DNA of 64,000 nt. Origin: Cyanophora paradoxa CCMP329. Its lineage: Eukaryota; Plantae; Glaucophyta. This document shows positions 33,472-45,631 of the stretch, piece by piece (the first letter of the stretch is position 1; each line of letters starts with the position of its first letter). Made by a program: the position numbers and the translations under genes. Under the pieces are notes generated by a model. It was not told the DNA's origin, searched no databases, and saw nothing but the letters and a program-made list of their open reading frames with translations. Location of the stretch: positions 126,979 through 190,978 of the forward strand of contig QPMI01000593.1 of the NCBI GenBank assembly GCA_004431415.1. The letters run 5' to 3'.

Positions 33472-36400
33472 CTACAGATCGGAGAGGTCGAGGGCGGACT
33501 GGACGCGGGCGATGGCGCCGCCGCCGCTGAGGCCGGCGTACCCCAGGAAGCGCCCGACGGTGCCGAGGCGCCCCGCGAGGCGGGAGATCCAGGCGGAGAG
33601 GGACTTGGCGCGGGCGCGGGCCGCGGGGCTCGTCGCGGCGACGGCGCGCAGCACGGCGCGCACGTTCTGCGAGAAGTGCTCCGCGCTGAGGACCTGCGCT
33701 CGCCCCGTCAAGTCTCGCAGAGAAGCTTAGGGTGGGGGCGGGGTGCACCGTCATCGTGAGGGAGAGCTGGAGGAGGGCGCGGGGCCGGAGGAGCCCCTTC
33801 ACGAAGGCGCCGAGCACGTGCGCGCTCCGCATCCGCCTCGCGGACGCCTCGCTCAGCATCAGCGGCAGCGCCACGGGGCCCAGCTGGGGGTACGTCAGTT
33901 AAGTAGGACGGGGGGGGGGCAGAAGCTGGGGGGGTACCAGGAGGCGGAGGACGTGGGGCCGGAGGAGGAGGGGCATGCAGTCGGGCCCGAAGAGGAGGGG
34001 TACGACCTCCGGGCTGAAGAGGAGCCGCGCGTTCTCCTCGTTGTCGAGGAGGAAGGGGGCGTTGTGCTCGGCGAAGAGGAGCGGGGCGACGAGGGGCGAG
34101 AGCAGGAGGTCCACGTAGGGGCGCGTGAGGAGGATGCGCGCCACGTGCGGCTCGAACAGGAAGCGGGCGGTCGGGGGCGAGAGGAGCAGCGGGCCGCACT
34201 CGGGGCCGAGGAGGAGCGGGGCGATGTGGGGGCCCATCAGGTGCGGGGCGGCGCGGGGGCCCAACAAGTGCTCGGCCACTCCAGGCTGGAGGAGCAGGGC
34301 AGCGACGCGGGGCGAGAGGAGGACGGGGCCGAAGTGGGGCGAGTAGAGGTGCGGGCCGAAGTCCGGGCCGAGGAGGAGTCCAGCCGCGTGCTCGCCGAAC
34401 ATGAGGGGCGCCGTCTCCGGGCTGATGACCAGCGGCGCGGTCTCGGGGCTGAGGAGGGCCGGGCCCGCGACGGGCCCGAGCATGGCGGCGCCGACGGGGC
34501 CGCTGAAGAGGAGCGGGGCGAGGCGGCGGGAGAAGAGGACCCGCGTGTTGTGCGGGGCGAGCATCAAGCGAACGTTCTCCACGGCGAACATGTGGCGGGT
34601 GATGTGCGGCGCGAAGAAGGCCTCGGCGAGGGCGGGCGATAGGAGCCGGGGGGCCACGTTGCGGAGGAGCAGGGGGCCGGCGACGGGACCCAGGAGCAGC
34701 TCGGAGACGTGGGGCGAGAAGAGGAGCGGGGCGACGTGGGGCGAGAGCAGGTGCGGGGCCGCGACGGGGCCGGAGAGGAGGGGGCCCATCTCGGGGCCGA
34801 GGAGGAGGGCGGCGCAGTGCGGGGCGAGGATGACGGGGGCGAGCTCGGGGGAGAGGAGGCGCTCGGCGACGGGCGGGGAGAAGAGGAGCGGGGCGACCGA
34901 GGGTCCCAGGAGGTGCGCGGCCACGCGGGCGTTGAGGACGTGGCGGGCGGTCGAGGGCGAGAGGAGGCGGCGGGCGTTGTCCGGGGAGAGGAGCAGGGGC
35001 AGGAAGCGCGGGCCGAAGAGCAGGGGCGCCACGGAGGGGCTGTACAGGAGCTGCAGGACGTGCTCCTGGCTGCGAAAGGGCGGAGGAAAACTCAGCCCAG
35101 AGATAATTCGAGGAGAGCATAGATAGATGGATGGATACCTGAAGAGGGGGGCGCTCTGCTCGGAGATGGTGGCGTGGGCGGCGGGGCCCTCGAGGAGCAG
35201 CCGGCCCATGGCGGGCGAGAAGGTGGCGGGGGCGAGCAGCCGGTTGAAGAAGAGGGGCGCCAGGGGCCGCGAGAGGGCGACGGGGAGCACGGCCGAGACG
35301 AGCGCGTGGTTCACGGCGCCCCCCGCGCGCGCCACGATCGGCACGACCGCGCGCAGCGGCGTGTGCGTCGTCACGAAGCGCACCAGCGGCGCCCCGAAGA
35401 TCATCGAGGTCATCTGCGCTAGATTTAAGGGGGGGGCGGGGAAGCGAGGCGGGGTACGACGCGCCTTCGGGTTGGCGAGGGCGACGGCGGCGGCGCGCTG
35501 TGCGAGGAGGGGGGCCAAGGGCCCCACAAAGTACAGGGAGGCCCCCACGCCGGCGACCTTGGCCGCCTGGGCCGCCAGCCAGCCGACCCAGGAGCCCAGC
35601 CCGGAGCCCTCCTCGCCCGCCTCCACAAGCCTCGATTCCTGTACCCCCTCGCCCTCCTCGCCCGCCTCGGAGGGCGGGGCCGAGGCCTCGCCATCGGGTC
35701 CGCCCGCCTCGGAGGCGGCGCGCTGGGCGTCCCACAGCGCCTTGGGGATCATCTGGCTCGTGTGCACCTCCTCCTCCACTCCCTCCTCCTCCTTTTCCGG
35801 CCCCTGCCGCGGGAAGAGAGGAGGTCAGCCGGGGAGCGGGCGGGCGGGAGGGGAGGAGCCGCGCACCTCGCGCGGGGGGGCGGTCGGGGCCTCGGGCGCC
35901 GCTTGTTCCTCCTCGACGGGGGCGGGCGGGCGGGCGGGGGATACGCGGCGGAACGCGTGCGGGGAGCGGAAGGCGGAGGCGATGTCGTGGGGGGAGGGGG
36001 GGGCGAGGCCCCGCGGGCCCTCCGAGGGGGGGCTACCCGGGAGCGACTGCTCCCCGGGGGATATGGGGTCCTGCGGGGCGGGGCGGGGCACGGCGGCTCA
36101 GCGGGGCGCGGGTGGCGCAGGCGGGGGCGGCACGCACTGGGCACTCGGAGGCCGAATCGCCGAGCTCGGAGAGGGGAGCGCGGGAGGAGCGGACGCGGCG
36201 CAGCGGCGTCGAGCGGCCCGACTCGCTGGCGGCGTCGGCGTCCAGCAGGGCCGCGAAGATCTGCAGGCAGCTCTGCGCCACGCTCGCGTGCGGGCCGGCG
36301 GAGAGCCCATCGAATCCGAAGTCGCCCGCGCCGCCCGCGGAGGCGAGGTCGCCTCCGTCCGCAAAGTTGGCGACGGATACGGCCCTCCGCATCGGGACCG

Positions 36401-36740
36401 CGGCCGCCGGGGCCGGCGAGGCGTCACGATTCCTCGATCGAATCTCGCCCACATCCGCGAAGCTGGCCGGCCCGCGCGGCGCGGGCGACCTCGTCTTGCG
36501 CGGTTCAACGTCGTTCAAGGCGCTGTCGGCGACGTAGCGGGCCAGGAGGTCGAAGTCCGAGAGGCTGTTGTTGCGCGGGAGTCCGCAGCTGGAGGCGACC
36601 GACGGCGGGAAGAGCTTCCGGTCCCGCGCGCGTATCGACGCTGAAGGCGGCCTTGGGCTGTTCCTGGGGCTGGGCGTCCCGTTCGCCGCCGCAGCAAACT
36701 GCGTGCGCGACCGAGGCCGCCCCGGTTGCGGGGTGGACAT
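33472..36740 (-). CDS. Unknown protein with disordered N-terminus and ~41+ tandem 9-aa repeats (consensus APLLFSPHV)
   Basis: ORF 33899-35779 shows continuous 9-residue periodicity. First exon MSTPQPG.. (36740), last exon ..ARVQSALDLSDL*. Confidence 0.8.
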
Positions 36741-37389
36741 GGTGCGGCGCGCGCGGGCTGAGCGGAATTGACGCTATACGAGCGTGCTGTATGTGCTGAC
36801 AGGCTAGCTACGCTGGTGCCGCTCGCCGGCGGGAACCGGTTGAACCGCCCTGCGGCCCGGGAAGGACGGCGACTGCGCGCTCTGTCGAGGGAGCCTGGGA
36901 AAGGCCTTGTACGTCAGAATGGAAGCTGCTGTGTGAGCAGGAAGGTTGCCCGCACCCCGATGACGCTCAAACAGCGCGTGCTAGCGTTGAAACGGCGAAG
37001 GCCGGGGATGAGCTGGTGCTCTCTTTTAGCCCCCAGAGGCTAGCTGAAGCGTCGGAACGCGGCCGACAGCTCGGATAATGCACGCTGGCTGGCAGTGGCT
37101 GCTCGTGCCGGGGTATTGGCGCCAAGCGATCATCGACCCAGCATTGGCCGCGGTGACCGCTAGCCCGTACAGCCGGGGCGCTCTAGAATTGCGCTGGGCA
37201 TGCAGAAACGGGGCTGGGAGTCAATCGCCGGGTCGCGCTGGCGAAGCCTACGAATTCGATCTCCCACGTATGTACGCCATTCGCACGCCGTGTGAATTCA
37301 CGCCCCGGCGGTTGCGCACTGTCTCTCTAGCTGCAAACGAAACATATAATTTCATTCTCTGATAGATAAACTAGACTACACGCCAGCAG

Positions 37390-38760
37390 CTAGGGGCTCG
37401 CCGGCGGCGTAAGGTTGGGGCGGTCTTTGGGCCACGCGCTGAGCGTGAGCCCCGCGGGCGGAGCGATGAACTCGCCGTTCTTCATCGTGCCGAATTTATC
37501 CTGCGAGAGGTGGTGCGGGCCGCCCTCCGGCCAGATCGTGTCGGGGCACATGCCGGCCTTGATGTTGAAGTCGATCAAGTGGTCGTCCCCTGCCCCAGCG
37601 CGGCACCCGGCAACGGCTCGCTTGACGGAAGGCGCGGGGGCGGACAGCAAGCTTAAGATACGCGAGGCGCGCACCGCGGAAGTAGAACCACCCGTGGAAG
37701 TACCTGCGAGGGGCCCGGGCCAGGGCAGTCGACGTCAGGGTACGCGTCAAAAAGAGACGGGAGGGATAGGGGGAGGGGCCGCACGTGTTGGCGAGGAAGA
37801 GGGGCAGCCAGTACCGGTCGTCAAGCCTGGTGCCTTTGCGTTAGCTGCGAACTGAACACAATCTACCCCGTACCCCTACCACGCGCAGCCCGCTCTACCC
37901 CTACCCCTACCCCTAATCCACGAAGGAGAAGCGGCCCAGCCGGAGCCCGCAAGAGCCTGGGGAGGGGCGCACGTACCACATCTTGTCGAGAGGGATCTCC
38001 TTCTCGTGATACTGCACATCGCTCAGATCCTCGCTCAGAGGGGGTGGGGTGAATTCACGAAGCCGCTCACCCACTGCGGTTTCATCTGCAGCCGGGCGCG
38101 GGCGTAAGGGGCGGCAGTCGCGGGCCGGGCGCCCTCGAGCTCGGAAGGAGCGCACCTCTTCGGTCTCGTGGGGCTCGCCATCCCACTCGTGGACGGCGAA
38201 CACGTGGACCTGGGCGCGCCCCGCCGAGTGAGCCGCCCCGCGCTGGCTACCGCGCGTCCCGGCCCTGCCTGCAGCGGCGTGGAGAAGGAGGGGTCCGTCC
38301 TGCGAGCGCGCGGCGGGGCGCGGCAGCAGTCAGTACGGTGCGTCGACACGCGGCGCGCGCTCTCGAGCTCACCAGTCGAAATCCAGAACGCCCCGGTGAA
38401 ACATGGCGCTGCGGGATCGCCGGATGCGTGAGCCGCAGAACAGGAAGCGCGCCGGTAGAGAGCGCACCGCGCTTTGATGCCGGCCTCCTCATAGAGCTCG
38501 CGGTGAGCGGCCTGCGGCGGCGCAAGGCGTTTAGCGGCGGCAGAGCACTAGAACCCCAAAGCGCCGAGCGGACGCGGCGCCGCCGCACGCGCGCACACCT
38601 GCTCCAAGGTTTCACCCTGCTCGAGCTTCCCGCCGAAGCCATTCCAGAAGCCCTGGCCGAACCCGCGCTTCTTCTGACCGAGCAAAACGTGCCCTTCCTT
38701 GCGGACAAGGACGAGCGTGAGGATCTTGCGCGTGTTGAACGCGGCGGTCGGAGCCGCCAT
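37390..38760 (-). CDS. NUDT1: 8-oxo-dGTP diphosphatase (Nudix hydrolase, MTH1/NUDT1 family)
   Basis: TLVLVRKEGHVLLGQKKRGFGQGFWNGFGGKLEQGETLEQ|AAHRELYEEAGI (Nudix box); VHVF..GEPHETEE|MKPQW|..IPLDKMW..DDRYWLPLFL. Confidence 0.93.
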
Positions 38761-39022
38761 AGCTGAGCGAACGCACAGCCACCCGCCGCTGCCGCGGTTG
38801 TTAAGCATGCGATCGGCGCGGTCAACGCTACTTTACCGCCGCGAGCAGCGTACCTGCTGTCGACTGTGCACTGGCCTTGGCAGCGACTCGGCGGCGACTC
38901 GGCAGCGAGCTCGTCTCCGCGTGCAGCTAGCAGAGCGTTAGCTGCGAGTCACGTCGATTCGTCTCTCCTGCGCCGGCTGAACGGACGCTACGCAATGTAC
39001 GCACTCCGACCCGGGTATTGCA

Positions 39023-40062
39023 ATGACCGCATTCACGACCTGCGCTCTCGCCGGCAGCCAGCGCACGTGCAACCCCGCGGCCGCCGCAAACCCGCATCGC
39101 CTCAGCGCGCACAGGTCGGCTTTTGTTGCACCGGCGGTCCGTCCGGCAGTCGCGCCTTTCAGCTTCTCCGGCGCATCCCAGCCGCGTACGTCGAGCGCCC
39201 GCGTACGTCGCACATTCCAGCCCGCCCAAATGAGCTACCAGCTGCACGTCGAACAGTCGGGGGCCGCGATCTCCGACGCCCTCGCGCCGTTCATCGTCGA
39301 CTACTGCAAAAAGGCCGTCGCCGAGCGCGGCGCGGTCACGGCGGCGATCTCCGGCGGCTCTCTGCCGAAGCTCTTCGCGGCGACGCTCGGGAAGGCGCCG
39401 TGGAAGGACCAGGTCGATTGGAGCAAGTGGCACCTCTTCTGGGCGGACGAGCGCTGCGTCCCGCTCGACCACCCGGACTCGAATTACCTGCTCGTGAAGC
39501 AGCAGCTGCTCGACGTCGTCGGCATTCCCGCGAGCCAGGTGTACGCGGTCAAGACGGAGCTGCCGCCCGCCGAAGCGGCCACGGCGTACGAGGCGGCCGT
39601 CCGCGGCTGCGCGCCGCTGTGGAAGGAGGGCGGCGCACTGCCGCGCTTCGACCTCATGCTGCTCGGAATGGGCCCGGACGGCCACACCGCGTCTCTTTTC
39701 CCGGGCCACGCGCTCCTGCAGGAGTCGACCAAGCTGGTCGCGCCCATCTTCGACTCGCCGAAGCCGCCCCCGTCGCGCGTGACGCTCACGCTCCCCGTCC
39801 TCAACGCCTCACGCGTCGTCGCCTTCGTCTCCACGGGCGCGGAGAAGGCCGACGTGCTCGAGAAGATCCTCGAGGACGACGTGCGCGCCCCGCTCCGCTC
39901 CGCAGCGCCACGCCGCCCGTCGCTCGCGCTCACGCCCGATCTCGCGCGCCTCTGCAGGCGGCCGATCCGACGACCGTCCCCTCGAAGCTCGTGAAGCCGA
40001 CGGCCGGCGCGCTGCACTGGTTCATCGACACGGGCGCCGCCTCCAAGCTCAAGCGCAAGTGA
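39023..40062 (+). CDS. PGL: 6-phosphogluconolactonase with N-terminal organellar presequence; one intron (~39881-39957)
   Basis: AISGGSLPK, WHLFWADERCVPLDHPDSNY, FDLMLLGMGPDGHTASLFPGH, DSPKPPPSRVTLTLPVLN, LHWFIDTGAASKL. Confidence 0.95.
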
Positions 40063-40445
40063 CTGCCCCGGCCCCGGCCCGGGCCCCGCTTGTAGCTCCC
40101 GGTGCGCCGCCTCCGTCTCCTTTACGCCCTCCGCTCAGCATCTGCGCTGCGCGCGCTGATCTTCACTGCAGCTGCGGCTGGGAGGCGATCGATTCGACTT
40201 CGTGATCCTATGCAGCACAGCGCCTTCCGAGTTCCCGCCCAGCCGACTCCAGTCTTTCTCTAAATAACAGCACCACTTTGAAATTTTCAGCAGCAGCCGC
40301 TCTTGCTTCCCCTCCTGTGAAGGGAGGGCCGAGGGCGGGCCCCGGGCCGGGGTACCTTGATGGGGTACCCCCCGGGGGGGGGGGGGGGGGGGGGACTGGG
40401 GCGCGCCTTGTGGCCGCCGAGGCATTTCACAGCTGTCAGCGTCTC

Positions 40446-40970
40446 CTAAGACCAGACGCGGACCTGGGAGAGGGAAAGGATTATCGGGGGGTATGGCTGC
40501 ACGCGGGGATCAAGGTGTACCGTGTTGTCTTCGGAGCCGGAGAAGATCACGTTATTGTGCTCCACGATTGAGTAGATCTCCCGCTGGTGGCCCTGCGCCC
40601 CGCGCTCAAGGGGTACAGGCACAGGGATGGGGTACGGCACCTGCAGGACCTTCACGCAGACATTGCTCCGCGTGTCCCACACCCGGATCGTCGAGTCTTG
40701 CAATTGCGCCCCTGAAACGGCATACCTAGGCCTCCGCACACGCTCCTCGAGCTCCAGCCCGCGTCAGCGCGCCCGCCGGCGATATGCGGAGCGGGGAATG
40801 CGCTTGCGCCATGACCGGCGCCGCTTCGGCGGCCGCCGCCCGCCGTTCTGCCTCTTCCGGGATCCTCTAGATCTTCACGCCGGCGCCGCTGCTTTGAAGA
40901 CGAGTCCTTCGTCGACGCCTCCCTTCGCCGCGCGTACTCCGCCCGCAGGGCGTCGTTCTCCGCCTCCGCC
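40446..40970 (-). pseudogene. Truncated WD40 gene fragment (~1.5 repeats)
   Basis: DSTIRVWDTRSNVCVKVLQ|GHQREIYSIVEHNNVIFSGSEDNT|VRVWS* with intact introns. There is no room for a full propeller before the divergent desaturase gene. Confidence 0.55.
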
Positions 40971-41431
40971 TGTCATGATCAGCTGCAGCTAGTGCTTCAG
41001 GCTTCGCCGCGAACTGGGCATGCCGTCGCGCGCCGTACGCGTCTGAGGCCTAGGGGCTGAAACTCCGGTCCGGACCTCCATGAAAACTTCCTCCTCGCTC
41101 ATATATGCATGCCGGAGTATACGTCGACCAGCGCGACGCGCAGGCGCTCTTAAAAGCTTCCCACGTCACAACCTCGCCCTCCGTCGCGCGGCCTGTCGGC
41201 GAGTGCCGCGCGCTGCTCCATATGCTGTCGTTGCTGGGCTCCGGCGCCGGCTGGGCTCACGAAAGATGATATCGATGGGAAGCTGTTTCGGCTCACAGTG
41301 CTTCGCTCGCTTTCACGCTGAGCTCGAGGGGTCGCGTTTTTTTCGTGATCGTTTGGTTGGCGGGTCGACTCGGCGTGGGGCAGTTTGTTCTCGGGTGTCT
41401 CGGCGTTTTTCTACAGCTAGGGCTTCCAGCG

Positions 41432-43606
41432 ATGGAGGCGGCTTTCGTTGCGGGCGTGCCCGCATGTGTTCCGTTCACCAGCCGCGCCGTTGGCGCGAGC
41501 TCGGTGCGCACGAGCCAGCGGGCGGCCCCGGCTGCGCTGCGGCGGGCGCCCCGGCTGGACGCCGCGCGCTCTTTCTTCGGCAACGGGCGCCTCCTCGCTT
41601 CCTCCCCGCGCACGCCCCAGCACCGGGAGTTCGCGGTCCACGCGGTGTCGGTCCCTACCTCTTCCCCTGCCGCCCCGGCTGCCGAGAAGCCGAAGTGGGA
41701 CGAACTCCCGCCTCTCCCCTTCTCGTTCTCCAAGGTGCGCACGCCGCTCGTGCCACGCGCCAGAACGATCTGCCACTCTTCACCCTCGCGTTCCCCGCCC
41801 CGCCACGGCCTCAGCCGACGTCCTCTTTTAGCGCTGACTTTAATCCGCTAGTAAAGCGCACCGCCCCCCCTTCACCTCCCCTTGCTCGATTTGCATCACG
41901 TGCCGCTTACGCGCGGTCCGTCCAACGTACGCAGCTCCGCCGCGCGATTCCGGAGCACTGCTTCGAGCCGGATACATGGCGCTCGATGACTTTCGCTATC
42001 CGTGACTTCGCCATCGTCGGCGGCCTGCTCGCTGGAGTCTGGGGCCTCAACGCGGTCCTGCCCGTCTGGGCGATGGCCCTCGTCTGGCCGCTCTACTGGG
42101 TGTGCCAGGGAACCGTAAGCCATTTCTTTTCGTTCCTTAATCGCCGTTCGCGGCGGCGCGGCCCCGGTGCCTCGTTCGACCCGCCGACGCCGACGTTCGC
42201 CCCGCGCCAGATGTTCTGGGCGCTCTTCGTCGTCGGGCACGACTGCGGCCACGGCTCCTTCTCGAAGGACAACAACATTAACAGCATCATGGGTGCGCGC
42301 GGCCGCGGCCGCCCCACCGGCTCGCTCCCCGCCGCGGGCGGCCGGCTCAGGCCTGAGTCGCCCCCGATCGCGTGTGCAGGCCACATCACGCACACTCCGA
42401 TCCTCGTGCCGTACCACTCCTGGCGCATGAGGTTCGCACCAGTGATTCGGCGATTCTCCCTATCCCCCGGGCGGCCCTGACTCCCCAACCCGCAGCCACG
42501 CGTACCACCACGCTATGACGGGCAACGTCGACGAGGACGAGAGCTGGTACCCCATCACCCGCGAGGTTTCTACCCCAGACGACCCCTCCCCTCTCCCCTC
42601 GCCCCTTCGCGCCGCTCACCCGCGCCGCCGCCGCGGCCGGCAGGACTACGAGAAGATGAAGGCGCGGGACCGCGCGGCACGCTTCGAGCTGCCCTGGTTC
42701 CTCCTCCTCTGGCCCCTCTACCTCCTCGGCGCCCGCGGCAAGAACGGCGACTCCAAGAGCCACTTCGACCCGAACATGGACCTTTTCAAGAAGCCCCAGC
42801 AGAAGGCGCGCGCGCGCCCTCCACCCCCCGCCCTTGTTTCCTCCCGCTGTTCTGACGACGGCGCGCGCGAGCAGAAGGACGTCGTGGTCTCGACGCTGGC
42901 GTGCGCCGGCTGGATCGGCGCGCTGGTCGCCGCCTCCACCAAGTTCGGCGCCGCGGCCGTCCTCGCGAGCTACCTCCCCCCCTACATCATCTTCTCCGCG
43001 TGGCTTGCCCTCGTCACCTACCTCCACCACACCGACCAGTCCAGTGCGCCGCCGCCGGAGCCGGCGTCGCCTCGCCCCGCCTCCCCCTGTCTGCGGCTGA
43101 CGGGGCTCCGCTTCGCAGTCCCGTGGTACCGGAAGGGTACGTGGCGGAAGCTGCGGGGCGCCCTCTCGACCATCGACCGCGACTACGGCGACTTCATCAA
43201 CAACATCCACCACGACATCGGTGCGGCGTACCCCCCGCCCATCCCGTTCATCACGGTACCCCGGACGTCTTAGCGGCCGCGTCTGCGCAGGGACGCACGT
43301 GGTGCACCACCTGTTCCACACGATCCCGCACTACCACATCGTGGAGGCGACGGAGGCGATCAAGCCGATCATGGGGCCCTGGTACCACAAGTCCGACATG
43401 GGCATCTGGGAGGGCCTCGTCGACTCCTGGAAGAAGTGCCGGTGCGCCCAGCTCGGCCCTCCCTTCCTTTTTGAACCTTGGCTAAGTTCTCTTTCTTTCT
43501 CTCCGTCAGGTACGTGCCGGACGGGAAGCCGGTGGTGCAGTACACGTGGCCCGAGAGTGAGGAGGAGGTCGAGTACCGCCGCGCCAAGAAGGCGGAGAGC
43601 AACTAG
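41432..43606 (+). CDS. Omega-3 fatty acid desaturase (FAD3/7/8, DesB family), plastid-targeted
   Basis: Presequence [10 protein letters not shown]..; [11 protein letters not shown]; His boxes [15 protein letters not shown]|SHAYHH and HHDIG|[13 protein letters not shown]; TYLHHTD; [13 protein letters not shown]. Confidence 0.93.
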
Positions 43607-44283
43607 GGGAGGCGAGCCGAGGAGAAGAGAGGAGAGTGGGCAGGAGAGGAGACATCAATCGATGCCGCAGCTGTACTGTAGATGATTGAGTAGGGCCCTA
43701 GATCTGTAGCTAGACGCCGGGCCGGCAGCCGCCCCGGCTTTCACTTAAACGGATGCATGGTCACGATTACGGTTTTCTTTCTTTCTTTACCTTAAGCTTT
43801 GATTCACCAATGATTCAAACGACAGACGGGATGTTTATGATAGCACTGGCATTACATACCATGTCAGATCATCGGATTCTGTGTACTGAAGAATGTGTAG
43901 CAATAGAACATGTTTTGCCTACGTATATACGTCGCGGCCGCGGGGCGAGTTCGACACGGGCATCCTTAAAGCCTAGCTACAGCTAAAGGCTCGGGCCAGT
44001 CGACACCGATATCCGGGTCGAATATTGATGCGGGGGATGCCAGCTGCAGGGGCCGCGGGCAGCGAGCGTGGGCCGACCCGACCCGGCCCGGAGGCCGGAG
44101 GCCAGAGGGGTGGAGAGGAGCGCGTCGGGCTGGCCATGGGCGCGCCTGCGAAGCGGGCTCGAGCTCAGCGGTCGAACTTCGGAGGGGTGGCGCATGGGAG
44201 GCAGGGCGGCTGCACCTCGGCGGCGGGGCGTCGAGGGGAGTGCAAAGGGCCGGCAGTCGTCGCCAGAACCGGGCCTGGCTCGC

Positions 44284-45631
44284 TCACGCGGGGCGGCGCC
44301 GGGCCCACTCCGCCTCGACGAAGGCGCGCACGGCGGCGTCGGTCCCTCCGCCGGCGGCCGCGTCGGCCCGCACCGCCTCCGCCAGGCCCGGCAGCGCCCG
44401 CAGCTCCTCCAGGAGGCTGCAAGGAGGATGAGCTAAATAGCTAAAGATTTACACAAAGTACAAGAAAGTAGACAGAGGGGTACCTGCCGAGGGGCTTGCC
44501 CGTGAGGCCCGTGACGGAGCGCAGGAGGGTCCCGTTGAAGCGGGCGGCCATGGCGCGCCGCTCCGCCCGCCGGCGCGCCGCCTCCTTCACGAGCTCCTCC
44601 TTTCCGAAGCGACGCAGCGCCCAGCTGCCAGTGCGCCCGGGCAAGTTCAGTGGGGTACGGCTCCAGTGGGAGGGGGTACACGCACTCGACCATGGAGCAG
44701 CCGGCGGGGCAGAAGTTGAGGCGGGGCCGGGGCGAGCCGGAGGGGGCGTACGGGGCGCCGGCCTCGGCGCGGGCGCGCAGCCAGGCGAGGAAGCGGGCGA
44801 ACATGGGGCGCTTGAACTGCCGGCGCCGGTTCTCGTGGTTCAACGCCGCGCAGTCGTACGCTTTGGGATCGAAGAGCGGCGAGGCCGTCACGAAGTCGAA
44901 GGCCTCCTCGTAGGAGTCGAACCCGCGGGCGAAGCGGTCGTAGTCGAAGCCGAGGAACTCGAAGCAGGCGCGCGGGTCCGAGGTCAGGTCCACGCGGGGC
45001 AGGTCCGAGTCGCCAAATTTGATCCAGAGGCCCTCGGAGCCGTAGGTCAGGCCGACGTGGTGCGCGATCGTGCCCATGATGTTCTGCTCGGCCTCAGATC
45101 GATATCGAGCCGCGCGCTGTATTTGAAAGCGTCAAATTAAAGGAGGGCGCACGCCGAGGTCGCCATAGCTCTTGTAGGTCAGGTGCATCTCGTACTCCGC
45201 CGGCTCGATGTACTTCTGCGCGGGGCTCAGCGGCGGCGCGTAATCGAAGCTTCGAGCTGAGCGGCTGAAGGCTCACGATGTCGACCTGGGCGCCGCGGAA
45301 CTCGAACGAGACGGTGGAGTCGTTCTTCACGTACTCCTTCGCGTCGAGGAGGCGGGCCACCTCAGGGACAGCCGCGTCGTAGCTCGCGTGCTGCGCCGGC
45401 TCCGAGACGAGCAGGTCGATGTCGCCGTGGTCCACCTTGCAGCGGATGTGCGGCAGCACGTTCACGCGCCTGCGGGAGAGGCTCGGCGCAGGCGGGCGGT
45501 CAAGGGGATGACGCGGCGCGTCCGGACCTGAAGAGCGGCCTCAGGAGGGCGATGAGCTCCGCCACGAGCTCCAGGTACTCGGCGTTGGGCAGGCGCCGCG
45601 TCGGCCCGCTGCGGAGGGCGTTGCCGCCCAT
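44284..45631 (-). CDS. Uncharacterised PolX-like nucleotidyltransferase-fold protein (family typical of large DNA viruses/phages and some fungi)
   Basis: MGGNALR..RRL..EY; KVDHGDIDLLV (GDxD); AQVDI; SYGDLG|NIMGTIAHHVGLTYGSEGL; LTSDPRACFEFLGFDYDRFARGFDSYEEAFDFVTASPLF; LNHENRRRQFKRPMFARFLAWL. Confidence 0.75.

Noticed and set aside
33938-35070. 27-bp periodic DNA considered as a CRISPR array or satellite
   Set aside because: There is no constant repeat/unique spacer structure and no cas genes. The period is conserved at protein level.
37861-37915. (CCCTAC)-like repeats resembling telomeric sequence
   Set aside because: Short, irregular and inside a NUDT1 intron.
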